From assembly GCA_018653365.1 (NCBI GenBank), contig JABIAG010000001.1, positions 326,951-390,950 on the forward strand: DNA of 64,000 bases, written 5' to 3'. Below the pieces are notes generated by a model that was given only the letters and a program-made list of their open reading frames with translations, did no database searches and was not told where the DNA came from. This stretch comes from Candidatus Woesearchaeota archaeon. GTDB taxonomy: Archaea > Nanobdellota > Nanobdellia > Woesearchaeales > JABIAG01. The position numbers and the translations under genes are program-made. This document shows positions 56,324-64,000 of the stretch, in pieces (the stretch's first letter is position 1; every line of letters starts with the position of its first letter).

Positions 56324-58033
56324 ATGAAGGTAACTTACAAACTAGGACAGCATGCCCTTTCTAAAGAAGGCAACGGAAACTTACTTTTAACTAATTCAAA
56401 AGGGGGATTTCTTAATTTAGGCCAGCCAACATCTAAGTTTCAGGGCTGGTTCATAAAAGATTCTGGAGTGTTTAAAATACTTGAAGAAATTAAATTAGAG
56501 GGAGAGGTTAAAGAGCTTATTAGTGAAGTATACCAAATAAAGCGTAAGAAAAGTGTTACAGAAAGTTATATGCTACCTAAAAACTTTAATTCATTAGTTT
56601 ACGAACTTAGTAAAGAGAGCGAGGTAGAATTAGTATTTGATGTACGAAAAGCATACGATCTTTCTGAAGAGGGAAGAGAATATAAACTAGATAAATACGG
56701 GAAAAAAATAATTCTTTGTTATCCAAAAGAAAAGATTTACGTTGTTATCGGGAATGTTAGTAAGTTTGAAGAAAAAAATGAATGGAAGGAATATGCGTAT
56801 TTAGAAGATGAAAAAAGAAATTCCCCTCCCTTCTCAAGATATAATTATCTTGCACTGAAGTTCAAATGTAAAAAAATAGTAATAACTGCAGGATGTAATA
56901 GAGTAAAAGTATTAGAAGAAAACGAACTAATCTTAAAAGACTTAAATAAAATAAAAAAAGCAGAAAAAAATTCTGTTAAACTTGTTTCTAAAGCTAAAAA
57001 GAATTTTGCAGTTAATCTAGCATCCAATTCAGTACTTGGACTTGTTGTAGAAGAGGGGATATACGCAGGGCTTCCTTGGTTCTTTCAAAAATGGACAAGA
57101 GATGAAATGATCTCACTCAAGTCACTAACATTAATTGGAGAAGAACAACTAACCAAAAAAATATTATTAGAACGAATAAAACAAATTAATAGCAATGGAA
57201 GGTTGCCAAACCGAATAGGGTTAGATGGGCTGGACTCTGCAGACTCAATAGGCTGGATGTTTCTACGATTTAATGATGTAATGAAATTACTTGATAAAAA
57301 AGAAAAAGAATTACTGAAAGTAGGATTAAAAAATTCAATAGAATTGATAATCAAAAACTATCATTTACACGGATTTTTTGTTAATGGACCAAAAGAAACC
57401 TGGATGGATACAGACTTTGGAGGAGATGTGCGGGGAGGGGTTCGTATTGAGATACAAGCACTAATGATAAACATGTTTGATCTTACGTTTAAGTTAACTA
57501 AATCTCAAATTTATGGAAAGCTACGTGATAGTTTAATACATAATGTTAAAGAGAAAATGTTTGATGGCATGTTACACGATGGAGCAGGGGACAGGACTGT
57601 ACGTCCAAACGTGTTTATTGCGTATTATGTTTATCCCAAATTGTTAAGTAAGAAAGAGTGGGGTATAGTTTTTGAAACTGCTTTAGATAAATTATGGTTA
57701 GACTGGGGTGGACTGAGTACAATAGATAAGAATAATTTATTATTTTGTTCCGAATACACTGGTGAGGATAATAAAAGTTATCATCGAGGGGATAGTTGGT
57801 ATTGGATAAATTGTTTAGCTGCAGTATGTATGCTAAAAGTTAATAAGAAAAAGTTCAAAGCATATGTTGATATGATATATTCTGCTACTGAACAGAATAT
57901 TTTGTTGCAAGGTGGATTGGGATGTTGTTCGGAAGTAAGTTCTGCTTCTAGTCAGACTGCAGATGGTTGCTTAAACCAAGCCTGGAGTAACGCAATGTTT
58001 ATAGAGTTATGGAAAGAACTTAATAAAAAATGA
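56324..58033 (+). CDS. glycogen debranching enzyme (amylo-alpha-1,6-glucosidase, GDE C-terminal-domain type)
   Basis: GLPWFFQKWTRDEMISL matches the GDE signature. (alpha/alpha)6-like length. Confidence 0.65.
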   Translation: MKVTYKLGQHALSKEGNGNLLLTNSKGGFLNLGQPTSKFQGWFIKDSGVFKILEEIKLEGEVKELISEVYQIKRKKSVTESYMLPKNFNSLVYELSKESEVELVFDVRKAYDLSEEGREYKLDKYGKKIILCYPKEKIYVVIGNVSKFEEKNEWKEYAYLEDEKRNSPPFSRYNYLALKFKCKKIVITAGCNRVKVLEENELILKDLNKIKKAEKNSVKLVSKAKKNFAVNLASNSVLGLVVEEGIYAGLPWFFQKWTRDEMISLKSLTLIGEEQLTKKILLERIKQINSNGRLPNRIGLDGLDSADSIGWMFLRFNDVMKLLDKKEKELLKVGLKNSIELIIKNYHLHGFFVNGPKETWMDTDFGGDVRGGVRIEIQALMINMFDLTFKLTKSQIYGKLRDSLIHNVKEKMFDGMLHDGAGDRTVRPNVFIAYYVYPKLLSKKEWGIVFETALDKLWLDWGGLSTIDKNNLLFCSEYTGEDNKSYHRGDSWYWINCLAAVCMLKVNKKKFKAYVDMIYSATEQNILLQGGLGCCSEVSSASSQTADGCLNQAWSNAMFIELWKELNKK

Positions 58034-58965
58034 AACTCGGAAGTCTAACAGTTAAAAACAAATTTCTTTTAGCACCAATGGATATGTATGCAGATAGTGC
58101 ATTTCGTAAATTATGTCATGATTATAACTGTGGATATTCTTGTACTGAATTAATCGCGACAGCAGGCTTTATACGTAAAAATGAAAGCTTTAGACGAAAA
58201 GTTGATCTGCACGTTAAAGGTGGGTTACAATTTGTTACTAATTCTACTTCTGAACTAAAAGAATCCATAAGAATAGTAAACGAAAAAGAATTTTATGCAG
58301 GATTAGGTAATGTAAATTGTATAGACATTAATTTAGGATGTCCTTCCCTGAAAATGATGAATCAGAATATGGGCTCAGCATTACTAAACCAACCAAAATT
58401 AGTTCGTTCATTGTTTAAGGTAATGAAAAAACATTCTTCTCTTTCTGTATCTGCTAAGATTCGTTTAGCTATTAATTCCAAACACAAAAAACAATCCAAA
58501 CCTTATCTGAAAATAGCACAAATAGCAAAAGAAGAAGGCATAGATTTTATTATAGTTCATGGTCGAACAGCTGGACAAATGTACTCGGGAGAGGTAGATG
58601 TTGAGGCAATTAAAGAGTTGAGTGAAAAAGTAGATATTCCGTTAGTTGGAAATGGGAATATAATTGATGAAGAAAGTTGTAACAACTTTGAATTTTGCGA
58701 TGCCGTAATGATTGGAAGAGAGGCACTGAAACGACCGTTCATATTTTCATTGTTACAGGGTAAAAAGTTTGATGATGAAAAAGAGAAGAAAAAATGTGTT
58801 AAACAGTATTTGAAGTATGCAAAAGAGTTAGATACTGGATTTCAACACATAAAAATTCACACTCAAGCATTTTTGAGAGGAATAGAGGGAAGTAAAGAGA
58901 TCATTCGTGCACTAACTCATACAAAAACACTTGAAGATATTAAAGAATGCCTAAAACAACTATAA
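58030..58965 (+). CDS. tRNA-dihydrouridine synthase-like TIM-barrel flavoprotein
   Basis: LAPMDMYADSAFRKLC is Dus-like. Has the conserved Cys region. Confidence 0.55.
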   Translation: MKLGSLTVKNKFLLAPMDMYADSAFRKLCHDYNCGYSCTELIATAGFIRKNESFRRKVDLHVKGGLQFVTNSTSELKESIRIVNEKEFYAGLGNVNCIDINLGCPSLKMMNQNMGSALLNQPKLVRSLFKVMKKHSSLSVSAKIRLAINSKHKKQSKPYLKIAQIAKEEGIDFIIVHGRTAGQMYSGEVDVEAIKELSEKVDIPLVGNGNIIDEESCNNFEFCDAVMIGREALKRPFIFSLLQGKKFDDEKEKKKCVKQYLKYAKELDTGFQHIKIHTQAFLRGIEGSKEIIRALTHTKTLEDIKECLKQL

Positions 58966-60004
58966 TTCCTAAAAGTAACATTACTATCCCCGCAATTAAA
59001 TGAAGCATTCTAAGATTTTTATCTTTCCAAGCATTAGCTTTTTTAACATCGGTTTTACCTATTGAAATAAGTACTGTGATAACAATTAAAGGAATTACAA
59101 AAAATAAATTATAAATTAAAAGAATGGGGATTGCACTCATTCGAGTAGTTTTTTCTGCTAATAGCCCTAAAATAAATAAGTATGGGCCACCGGTACAAGG
59201 GAGTTCAAATAAACAAACAACAAAACCAATAAGGAAAGCCCCCCAGGGAGTTGTAACCTTTCTTAGTAATTTTTTAAGCGTAGGACGCCATTTTCGAGGA
59301 ATTTCCATAACAAATCCTAACTTGGCATACCAAAAGTAATCTTTTAAATTAGCTAAACCAATAAGTATTGCAAGAACGCCCACAATTTTATAAAACCATA
59401 ATGACAAACCACTAACTTGAATGGCAGAAAAAAGACCTAAACCAAATAAAAAATAAATTACATAAATTGCAATGGTAAATGCAAAGCCTGCTTTTATGGC
59501 TCGCTTTTTATTACCTGCAGCTAAAAGAGCACTTAATAATATGAGTAAAACAGCAATAGCACAGGGATTGATGGAATCAACTAGTGCAGCACCAATAACA
59601 GTTAATAAAGAAAGAGACGAAATTTCTTGTTTTTCTGTTTGATTTAATAAGGGACAAGAAATTCCTGGATTGTTTTTGATGACGGGTTTTAGTTTTGAAT
59701 TAATCATGGAATCGCCAATGAGAATTTCATCTCCAACAATTACTGTTGGAACACCACGAAGATCTTTATCAACATCAAATTGATTAAAAAAATTTTGTAA
59801 CAACCCAATATTTGATCTATTATTATAAATCTCAAAAACATGTACTTCAACAGAGGAATTTGCTTTTAATTCATCCATTAAGGGATATGCTTTAGCACAA
59901 TGTTGACAACCATCTCCATGAAAAAAATAAACACAGGTATCTGCTAGAGCAATTCCTGAAAAGATAATAATAAAAATTAGGGGTATGATGATTTTGAGTT
60001 TCAT
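58940..60004 (-). CDS. thiol:disulfide interchange membrane protein (DsbD/CcdA-like) with N-terminal thioredoxin-like CxxC domain
   Basis: N-terminal CQHC. Membrane domain with conserved Cys in CAIAVL and LPCTGGPYL. Confidence 0.55.
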   Translation of the reverse strand: MKLKIIIPLIFIIIFSGIALADTCVYFFHGDGCQHCAKAYPLMDELKANSSVEVHVFEIYNNRSNIGLLQNFFNQFDVDKDLRGVPTVIVGDEILIGDSMINSKLKPVIKNNPGISCPLLNQTEKQEISSLSLLTVIGAALVDSINPCAIAVLLILLSALLAAGNKKRAIKAGFAFTIAIYVIYFLFGLGLFSAIQVSGLSLWFYKIVGVLAILIGLANLKDYFWYAKLGFVMEIPRKWRPTLKKLLRKVTTPWGAFLIGFVVCLFELPCTGGPYLFILGLLAEKTTRMSAIPILLIYNLFFVIPLIVITVLISIGKTDVKKANAWKDKNLRMLHLIAGIVMLLLGIIVVLGIL

Positions 60005-60294
60005 TTTAGTTTAAAATTGCCGCCCTCAATCTTAATGGCTTTACCATTAACAATTGCATCTGCGACTTTTTTTCTTGCCAACTTTACTAACCGATGAAAA
60101 GTGGGTTGAGATATGTTCATCTTATCTGCTGCGTCATTCTGATCTAATTCTTCTAAATCGTTTAATCTTAATGCTTCAAATTCTCCCAGGGTTAAGATGG
60201 AATAATCTAGTTTGTGCATTCTTACTCCTGCGGGTTTAAAAAAGTTAGAATGAGGCATTTGCCCCACTCTCCTACACATTTTTGGACGTGGCAT
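60001..60294 (-). CDS. DUF134 (UPF0251) putative DNA-binding protein
   Basis: MPRPKMCRRV...LTLGEFEALRLNDLEELDQNDAA..MNISQPTFHRLVKLARKKVADAIVNGKAIKIEGG matches the family pattern. Confidence 0.65.
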   Translation of the reverse strand: MPRPKMCRRVGQMPHSNFFKPAGVRMHKLDYSILTLGEFEALRLNDLEELDQNDAADKMNISQPTFHRLVKLARKKVADAIVNGKAIKIEGGNFKLK

Positions 60295-60296
60295 TT

Positions 60297-60461
60297 TTAT
60301 TCATCAATTGCTTTAGCAAAGCAGACCTCTATGCACTGTTTGCAATTATTACACTTTTTTTTGTTAATAATTGCTTTGCCGTTTTCAACAGTTATTGCGT
60401 CTTTTGGACATACGGCAGCACAAGCTCCACAACCAAAACATTTATCGTTTATTGTAGGCAT
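60297..60461 (-). CDS. 2x[4Fe-4S] ferredoxin (54 aa), not in the ORF track
   Basis: Translation MPTINDKCFGCGACAAVCPKDAITVENGKAIINKKKCNNCKQCIEVCFAKAIDE, with two CxxCxxCxxxC(P) motifs. The listed + strand ORFs here are antisense. Confidence 0.7.
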   Translation of the reverse strand: MPTINDKCFGCGACAAVCPKDAITVENGKAIINKKKCNNCKQCIEVCFAKAIDE

Positions 60462-60462
60462 T

Positions 60463-60714
60463 TTAGTTTAACTCCTTTAATTGTTTTTCGATTTCTTCTT
60501 GTTCTGCGTTGAGTTCAGCAAGTTCAGCTTCAAGAATTTTTTTCTTTTGTTCAGAACTAAATTCTATGGTTCTGGCAAAACCTCGACCAAAACCTCTTCC
60601 TCTACCGCAAGGTCCAAATCCTCGTCCACGAGAAAGTGCACCTTCACAATTTCCGAGTTGTCTTCCTGTTAATTTTCCTTTACCGGCAGGGCCGGTTCCA
60701 TCTAATCTTGGCAT
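60463..60714 (-). CDS. DUF5320-family protein (Gly/Arg-rich N-terminus, coiled-coil C-terminus)
   Basis: MPRLDGTGPAGKGKLTGRQLGNC... N-terminal signature. GGAGG Shine-Dalgarno sequence 9 nt upstream. Start taken at the internal Met, not the ORF-track 60792. Confidence 0.55.
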   Translation of the reverse strand: MPRLDGTGPAGKGKLTGRQLGNCEGALSRGRGFGPCGRGRGFGRGFARTIEFSSEQKKKILEAELAELNAEQEEIEKQLKELN

Positions 60715-60730
60715 TTTATTTTTCCTCCGT

Positions 60731-60805
60731 TTATTTACATGGGCCTTTTTTTCGCCCTGTTTTTGGTCCTTCTCCATCTGGTCCTGTTCCATCTCTATTT
60801 GGCAT
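60731..60805 (-). CDS. 24-aa upstream mini-ORF duplicating the DUF5320 N-terminal motif (MPNRDGTGPDGEGPKTGRKKGPCK)
   Basis: 35-bp direct repeat of SD + start + first codons (60691-60727 vs 60791-60828). Own GGAGG. Stop lies 17 nt before the main start. Confidence 0.3.
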   Translation of the reverse strand: MPNRDGTGPDGEGPKTGRKKGPCK

Positions 60806-60928
60806 TTTATTTACCTCCATAATGAATCCATATTCATTATTAGTAATGAATACTAATTCATAATACTATATAAAGCTTTTGTTTAAATTGTCAAAAAACA
60901 TATAAATCAGGAATAAAGTCCGTTAGGC

Positions 60929-61333
60929 ATGAGATATCGAAAAGTATATGGGCAAAGTAAGGTTGCAACTTGTATGTTCTGTTCAAAACAGGCAACAACT
61001 CAAAACGAACAAGAAATTCCTGTCTGTATAGCTCATAAAAATTCTGAATTAAACGCGTTTAAGTGCGCATGTGGCGACTATCTTGATTTAATGCATGGAA
61101 AGTATGGTCCTTTTTTTAAATGCGAAAGATGCGGCCTAATTAACATGAAAAAAGCATTAGAACTGAATGAAATAAAAGATTTAAGTGAACAGGCTGAGAC
61201 AGTAGAAAAAACAACGAATGATACTTCTTCTGAGTCTCAGGATAAGCCTAAGAAAGTAAACTTATTTGGTGAAGAAGATCCAGAAAATGCAGAAGAGATA
61301 GTACTGCCTGGAGATCCAATGTACTTTGATTAA
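60929..61333 (+). CDS. zinc-finger protein with topoisomerase-type C4 zinc-ribbon-like motif
   Basis: CMFC...C...H and KCACGDYLDLMHGKYGPFFKCERCG, resembling zf-C4_Topoisom. Confidence 0.4.
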   Translation: MRYRKVYGQSKVATCMFCSKQATTQNEQEIPVCIAHKNSELNAFKCACGDYLDLMHGKYGPFFKCERCGLINMKKALELNEIKDLSEQAETVEKTTNDTSSESQDKPKKVNLFGEEDPENAEEIVLPGDPMYFD

Positions 61334-61379
61334 AACATTAAAACAAACTTTTATAAAGGCCTTCTAACTTAGTTGACAT

Positions 61380-61823
61380 ATGAAACTAATGAAAATAATG
61401 TGGATTCTTTTATTGTTCATAATTATTGTTGGATTGTTCTATCCTTTGGTGGGATGGATAGTTCCCGTATTAATGATTATCTTATTAGTTACTGCATTTA
61501 AGAGAAAAAGATATTTTTGTTCAACAATGTGTCCAAGAGGAAGTTTTCTCTCAATGTTTATCAGAACAAAACGAGCCTCACCAAAACTATTTCATAAAAC
61601 AGGATTTAGGTTGGTAATATTATTAGTGTTCTTTGTACTGTTCACACTTAGAATGATGCGAACAGAAATGATATTGGAACAGCTAGGACTGGCATTTGTA
61701 ATGATTTGTCTAGCATCAACAATACTCTCTGTAATCTTGGGACTAATCTATAGTTCTAGAACCTGGTGTGTAATCTGCCCAATGGGACTAGTACAAGAAG
61801 GAATAAATAAAATTAAGAAATAA
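61380..61823 (+). CDS. small membrane protein with two CxxCP motifs
   Basis: 4 TM. CSTMCPRG and WCVICPMG. Confidence 0.3.
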   Translation: MKLMKIMWILLLFIIIVGLFYPLVGWIVPVLMIILLVTAFKRKRYFCSTMCPRGSFLSMFIRTKRASPKLFHKTGFRLVILLVFFVLFTLRMMRTEMILEQLGLAFVMICLASTILSVILGLIYSSRTWCVICPMGLVQEGINKIKK

Positions 61824-61827
61824 GTTT

Positions 61828-62280
61828 TTAATCTTGTTCTAATAATCTAAAGTGATATTGGGGGGTAATTGCAGTAAAGTTTTGTTTAGCAAGAAATGCC
61901 AATGCGTGAGGATTACCTTGTTCAACAATCCAATATAGTGCTTTACATCCAATTTCTAACGCATCTTCTGTTAACCTTTTGAGCGTTGCAGAGCCAACTC
62001 CACACTGTCTTAAATGCGGATTTTTGTGGGTTGCTCTACCATTAGGGAAAAATAAGTTGATGTTAGCAAGAAGATCATCATGAGAAAGGCCTGCTGCAAT
62101 AAGTTGCTGATATGAATTGGGTTGTTGTCGATCACTAACTGGACCAATAATAACTTGAGCATCTCCAGTAGGTCTTGTAGGATCAGAAAAAGTGGTATTA
62201 TAACAAAGTGTAGTTCGTTTTCCTACAAAAGGAACATATATTTCTCTTTCAGTTCTTGTAATATTAAATCTTGGAACCAT
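61828..62280 (-). CDS. GNAT family N-acetyltransferase (composition-atypical)
   Basis: RQCGVGSATLKRL...GCKALYWIV acetyl-CoA binding motif A. Start taken at MVPRF (62280), just after the upstream stop. Confidence 0.6.
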   Translation of the reverse strand: MVPRFNITRTEREIYVPFVGKRTTLCYNTTFSDPTRPTGDAQVIIGPVSDRQQPNSYQQLIAAGLSHDDLLANINLFFPNGRATHKNPHLRQCGVGSATLKRLTEDALEIGCKALYWIVEQGNPHALAFLAKQNFTAITPQYHFRLLEQD

Positions 62281-62281
62281 T

Positions 62282-63277
62282 TTAAGCACTCGCAGCAACT
62301 AAATACATTGACTGAGCCCAACCTAATGGAGTGTTCTCATTCTGAATAATTGAGTTGCCTAAGTATAATTCGGGCATTTCTTTATCAGGTGTCATAACAT
62401 CCAAAGTTTTACGCATATAATAAGCATACTTATCTGGCTTGTTAAGAACTTTATAAATTTGAGCTAACCAGGGAAAACCCATGGTCCAACTAGGTTCTTG
62501 ACCATTATTGTAGTACAAATCTCCAACATAACGAATAACGCCTTGTTTTCGAACTAACTTATTCTCAATGTTAGTGAGTATTTGTTCAGCCTGTTCTTTA
62601 GAAACAATGTTATAGGGATATATTAATGAAAGTAATGCTAAATCACAATCTTTGGTTGCAGATTCATTAGGTAATAATTTGTTTAATGTTTCTTCTCCTT
62701 TTTTAATAAGTGAGAGAGGGACATTAACAATTTTTGAAATCTTTTTTAAACCAGCAACGCAAGCACCAACGCTAGAAGCATGAACTTCTTCGTTTTCTTC
62801 CCACATACCATTATCTTTATCTTGCCAGTATTCGATTGATAATAAGTAATCAACTAATTTCTGTAAAATTCTTCGATGAACATCACTTCTAATTATTTTA
62901 ATGCCTTTTTCTTCTAATTCTCCAACTTTAAATAAGAAAGCACCAATAGCATCATTCTGCTTATTGCCCCAATCTTCATAAATTTCATCAAAAGTAATTG
63001 GATCATAACGAGCATGAATGTATTGATATTTCTCAGTTGGTTTTTGTTTTATTGCATGATCGATTTTATACTCGTGTTTTAAGAAAATCTCAAATAAAGC
63101 CCAAAACGCTTTCTTAACTTCTTTTAAATTTTTAGTAGCTTCTAAACCCAGACTTTCATAAATACAATCTCGGATCCAAGCTTTATTATACCCTGTAGAA
63201 ACCTCTTTTTTACTAGCTGAAAATAGGCCTGAGGGATGTTGTAGTTCTTTTAATATGGTGATTGATTTTTCTATCAT
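62282..63277 (-). CDS. (alpha/alpha)6-barrel glycoside hydrolase-like protein (GH15/glucoamylase-related), tentative
   Basis: YNKAWIRDCIYE and a W/Y-rich helical repeat pattern. Weak. Confidence 0.35.
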   Translation of the reverse strand: MIEKSITILKELQHPSGLFSASKKEVSTGYNKAWIRDCIYESLGLEATKNLKEVKKAFWALFEIFLKHEYKIDHAIKQKPTEKYQYIHARYDPITFDEIYEDWGNKQNDAIGAFLFKVGELEEKGIKIIRSDVHRRILQKLVDYLLSIEYWQDKDNGMWEENEEVHASSVGACVAGLKKISKIVNVPLSLIKKGEETLNKLLPNESATKDCDLALLSLIYPYNIVSKEQAEQILTNIENKLVRKQGVIRYVGDLYYNNGQEPSWTMGFPWLAQIYKVLNKPDKYAYYMRKTLDVMTPDKEMPELYLGNSIIQNENTPLGWAQSMYLVAASA

Positions 63278-63294
63278 TTGTTCCTCTGTCTAGT

Positions 63295-63402
63295 TTATAC
63301 TGTTGCTTCTTGTGATTCACTTGATTTAGTCCAACATTCATCACACATTGGTTGATCCAAGTAAATTATTTCAGCTTCTTTATTACATTTAACACATTTC
63401 AT
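63295..63402 (-). CDS. 35-aa zinc-ribbon peptide (CxxC-x15-CxxC), not in the ORF track; ATGA overlap with the upstream gene
   Basis: Translation MKCVKCNKEAEIIYLDQPMCDECWTKSSESQEATV. Confidence 0.4.
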   Translation of the reverse strand: MKCVKCNKEAEIIYLDQPMCDECWTKSSESQEATV

Positions 63403-63812
63403 TTGGTTCTCCTTTCTTTATGATAAATTTCTACTGTTTTTGCATCACCTGCTTTAAGTTTTCTAACCACATCAATTCCTACTGATGCTCCTGAATCAAG
63501 GTTATATACTGGAACGGGGTCATCAGCTCCCATTGGTTGGATGTGCGCAAATTTAGCAGTATGAGTAACTCTTCTAACAACATAGTGCATTTCAGGCGGT
63601 AGGCTGTGTTCAACTGCAATTATTGCTGGTTCTCTGTTGTCTCTTAATGTAGGATCTTGACTGGGAGTTGCTAGGTCTCTGATGCTTGTTGTTCTTAACG
63701 CAGCTAATTTTTCTTCAGACTCTCGTAAACCTCGAAGTGTTTTTTGTGTTTCTTCTCTTTCTCTTGCCCAACGTGCTTCTTTTTCTGCAAATGTTTCTGT
63801 TAAAGGGTTCAT
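63399..63812 (-). CDS. hypothetical protein (composition-atypical, R/A/E-rich)
   Basis: 137-aa ORF. Start ATG abuts the TAG of the upstream partial gene. Confidence 0.35.
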   Translation of the reverse strand: MNPLTETFAEKEARWAREREETQKTLRGLRESEEKLAALRTTSIRDLATPSQDPTLRDNREPAIIAVEHSLPPEMHYVVRRVTHTAKFAHIQPMGADDPVPVYNLDSGASVGIDVVRKLKAGDAKTVEIYHKERRTK

Positions 63813-64000
63813 CTAGTCCTCCATACAAGCGCAAGGTGCAAAACCTTTGTTTAAAGCATCAATCTTTGAACTAAATGCAATCTTATTCTTTGAAATAATT
63901 CGTTTAGCAACAGGGCAGTTTTCAACATGAACTTTTTTACCTTTAATTGTGGCAATGAGCCGTTTAGCTGATTTTTGCACCTTAATTGAGTTAAGGTAAG
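63813..64000 (-). CDS. 3' end of a hypothetical CDS that starts beyond the window (C-terminus ...KVHVENCPVAKRIISKNKIAFSSKIDALNKGFAPCACMED)
   Basis: Open frame to the window edge, ending TAG at 63813-63815. Confidence 0.3.
   Translation of the reverse strand, partial: YLNSIKVQKSAKRLIATIKGKKVHVENCPVAKRIISKNKIAFSSKIDALNKGFAPCACMED

Noticed and set aside
60214-60512. Two overlapping plus-strand ORFs (85 and 76 aa) in the ferredoxin/DUF5320 region
   Set aside because: The minus strand here encodes a textbook 2x[4Fe-4S] ferredoxin with its own start context. The plus-strand ORFs are antisense shadows.
1-64000. CRISPR arrays, rRNA genes, SRP RNA or RNase P RNA
   Set aside because: No regularly spaced short direct repeats of CRISPR type were seen. 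There are no long GC-rich stretches consistent with rRNA. The only GC-rich structured intergenic segment (9420-9545) is too short for 7S or RNase P RNA.

Overview
Low-GC, densely packed archaeal chromosome segment (K/I/N-rich proteome). Archaeal core genes: SRP54, aRF1 (NIKS + GGQ), aIF-1A, Alba, S17e, Pth2, geranylgeranyl reductase, a Dph2 fragment, and an intron-containing tRNA-Lys. Bacterial-type genes are also present (MetK, ThrRS, NrdR, an ECF sigma-70-like gene, a DnaA-like gene). This mix is typical of DPANN-like archaea, though I cannot confirm the lineage. Gene blocks along the window: (i) 0.3-7.6 kb SRP54, MBL hydrolase, metK, GGR, thrS. (ii) 7.6-9.6 kb a three-gene operon of composition-atypical envelope proteins with a GC-rich palindromic leader. 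(iii) 13.9-21.3 kb dcd, a methyltransferase, an Mre11-like nuclease and gatC-PHP-gatA-gatB. (iv) tRNA-Lys(CUU) with an intron and an 18-bp direct repeat of its 3' end. (v) nrdR-nrdD-nrdG preceded by two NrdR-box palindromes, with NrdD carrying a C-terminal thioredoxin-like fusion. (vi) argS and an arginase-family gene. (vii) a DnaA-like P-loop protein, a transmembrane wHTH regulator, GTTCCA direct repeats around a TATA box, and a secreted CARDB protein. (viii) S17e, Alba, SppA and a giant S8 subtilase. (ix) U32 peptidase, truncated Dph2 and a solitary ECF-sigma-like gene. (x) a Ca2+ handling cluster of two CaCA exchangers and a P-type ATPase. (xi) proS. (xii) a glycogen cluster with GT5 and GT3 glycogen synthases, GH57, GalT-like, a debranching enzyme and a histone-H1-like K-rich protein. 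(xiii) Dus, a DsbD-like protein, and DUF134 / ferredoxin / DUF5320 with a duplicated leader mini-ORF. A recurring oddity is a dispersed set of orphan genes whose proteins are A/R/G/Q-rich (unlike the host proteome) yet use host-like AT-rich codons. Several short CDSs absent from the ORF track were called by eye: a ferredoxin, two zinc ribbons and a histone-fold protein. No CRISPR array or rRNA was found. All calls rest on motif recognition by eye; no searches were run.
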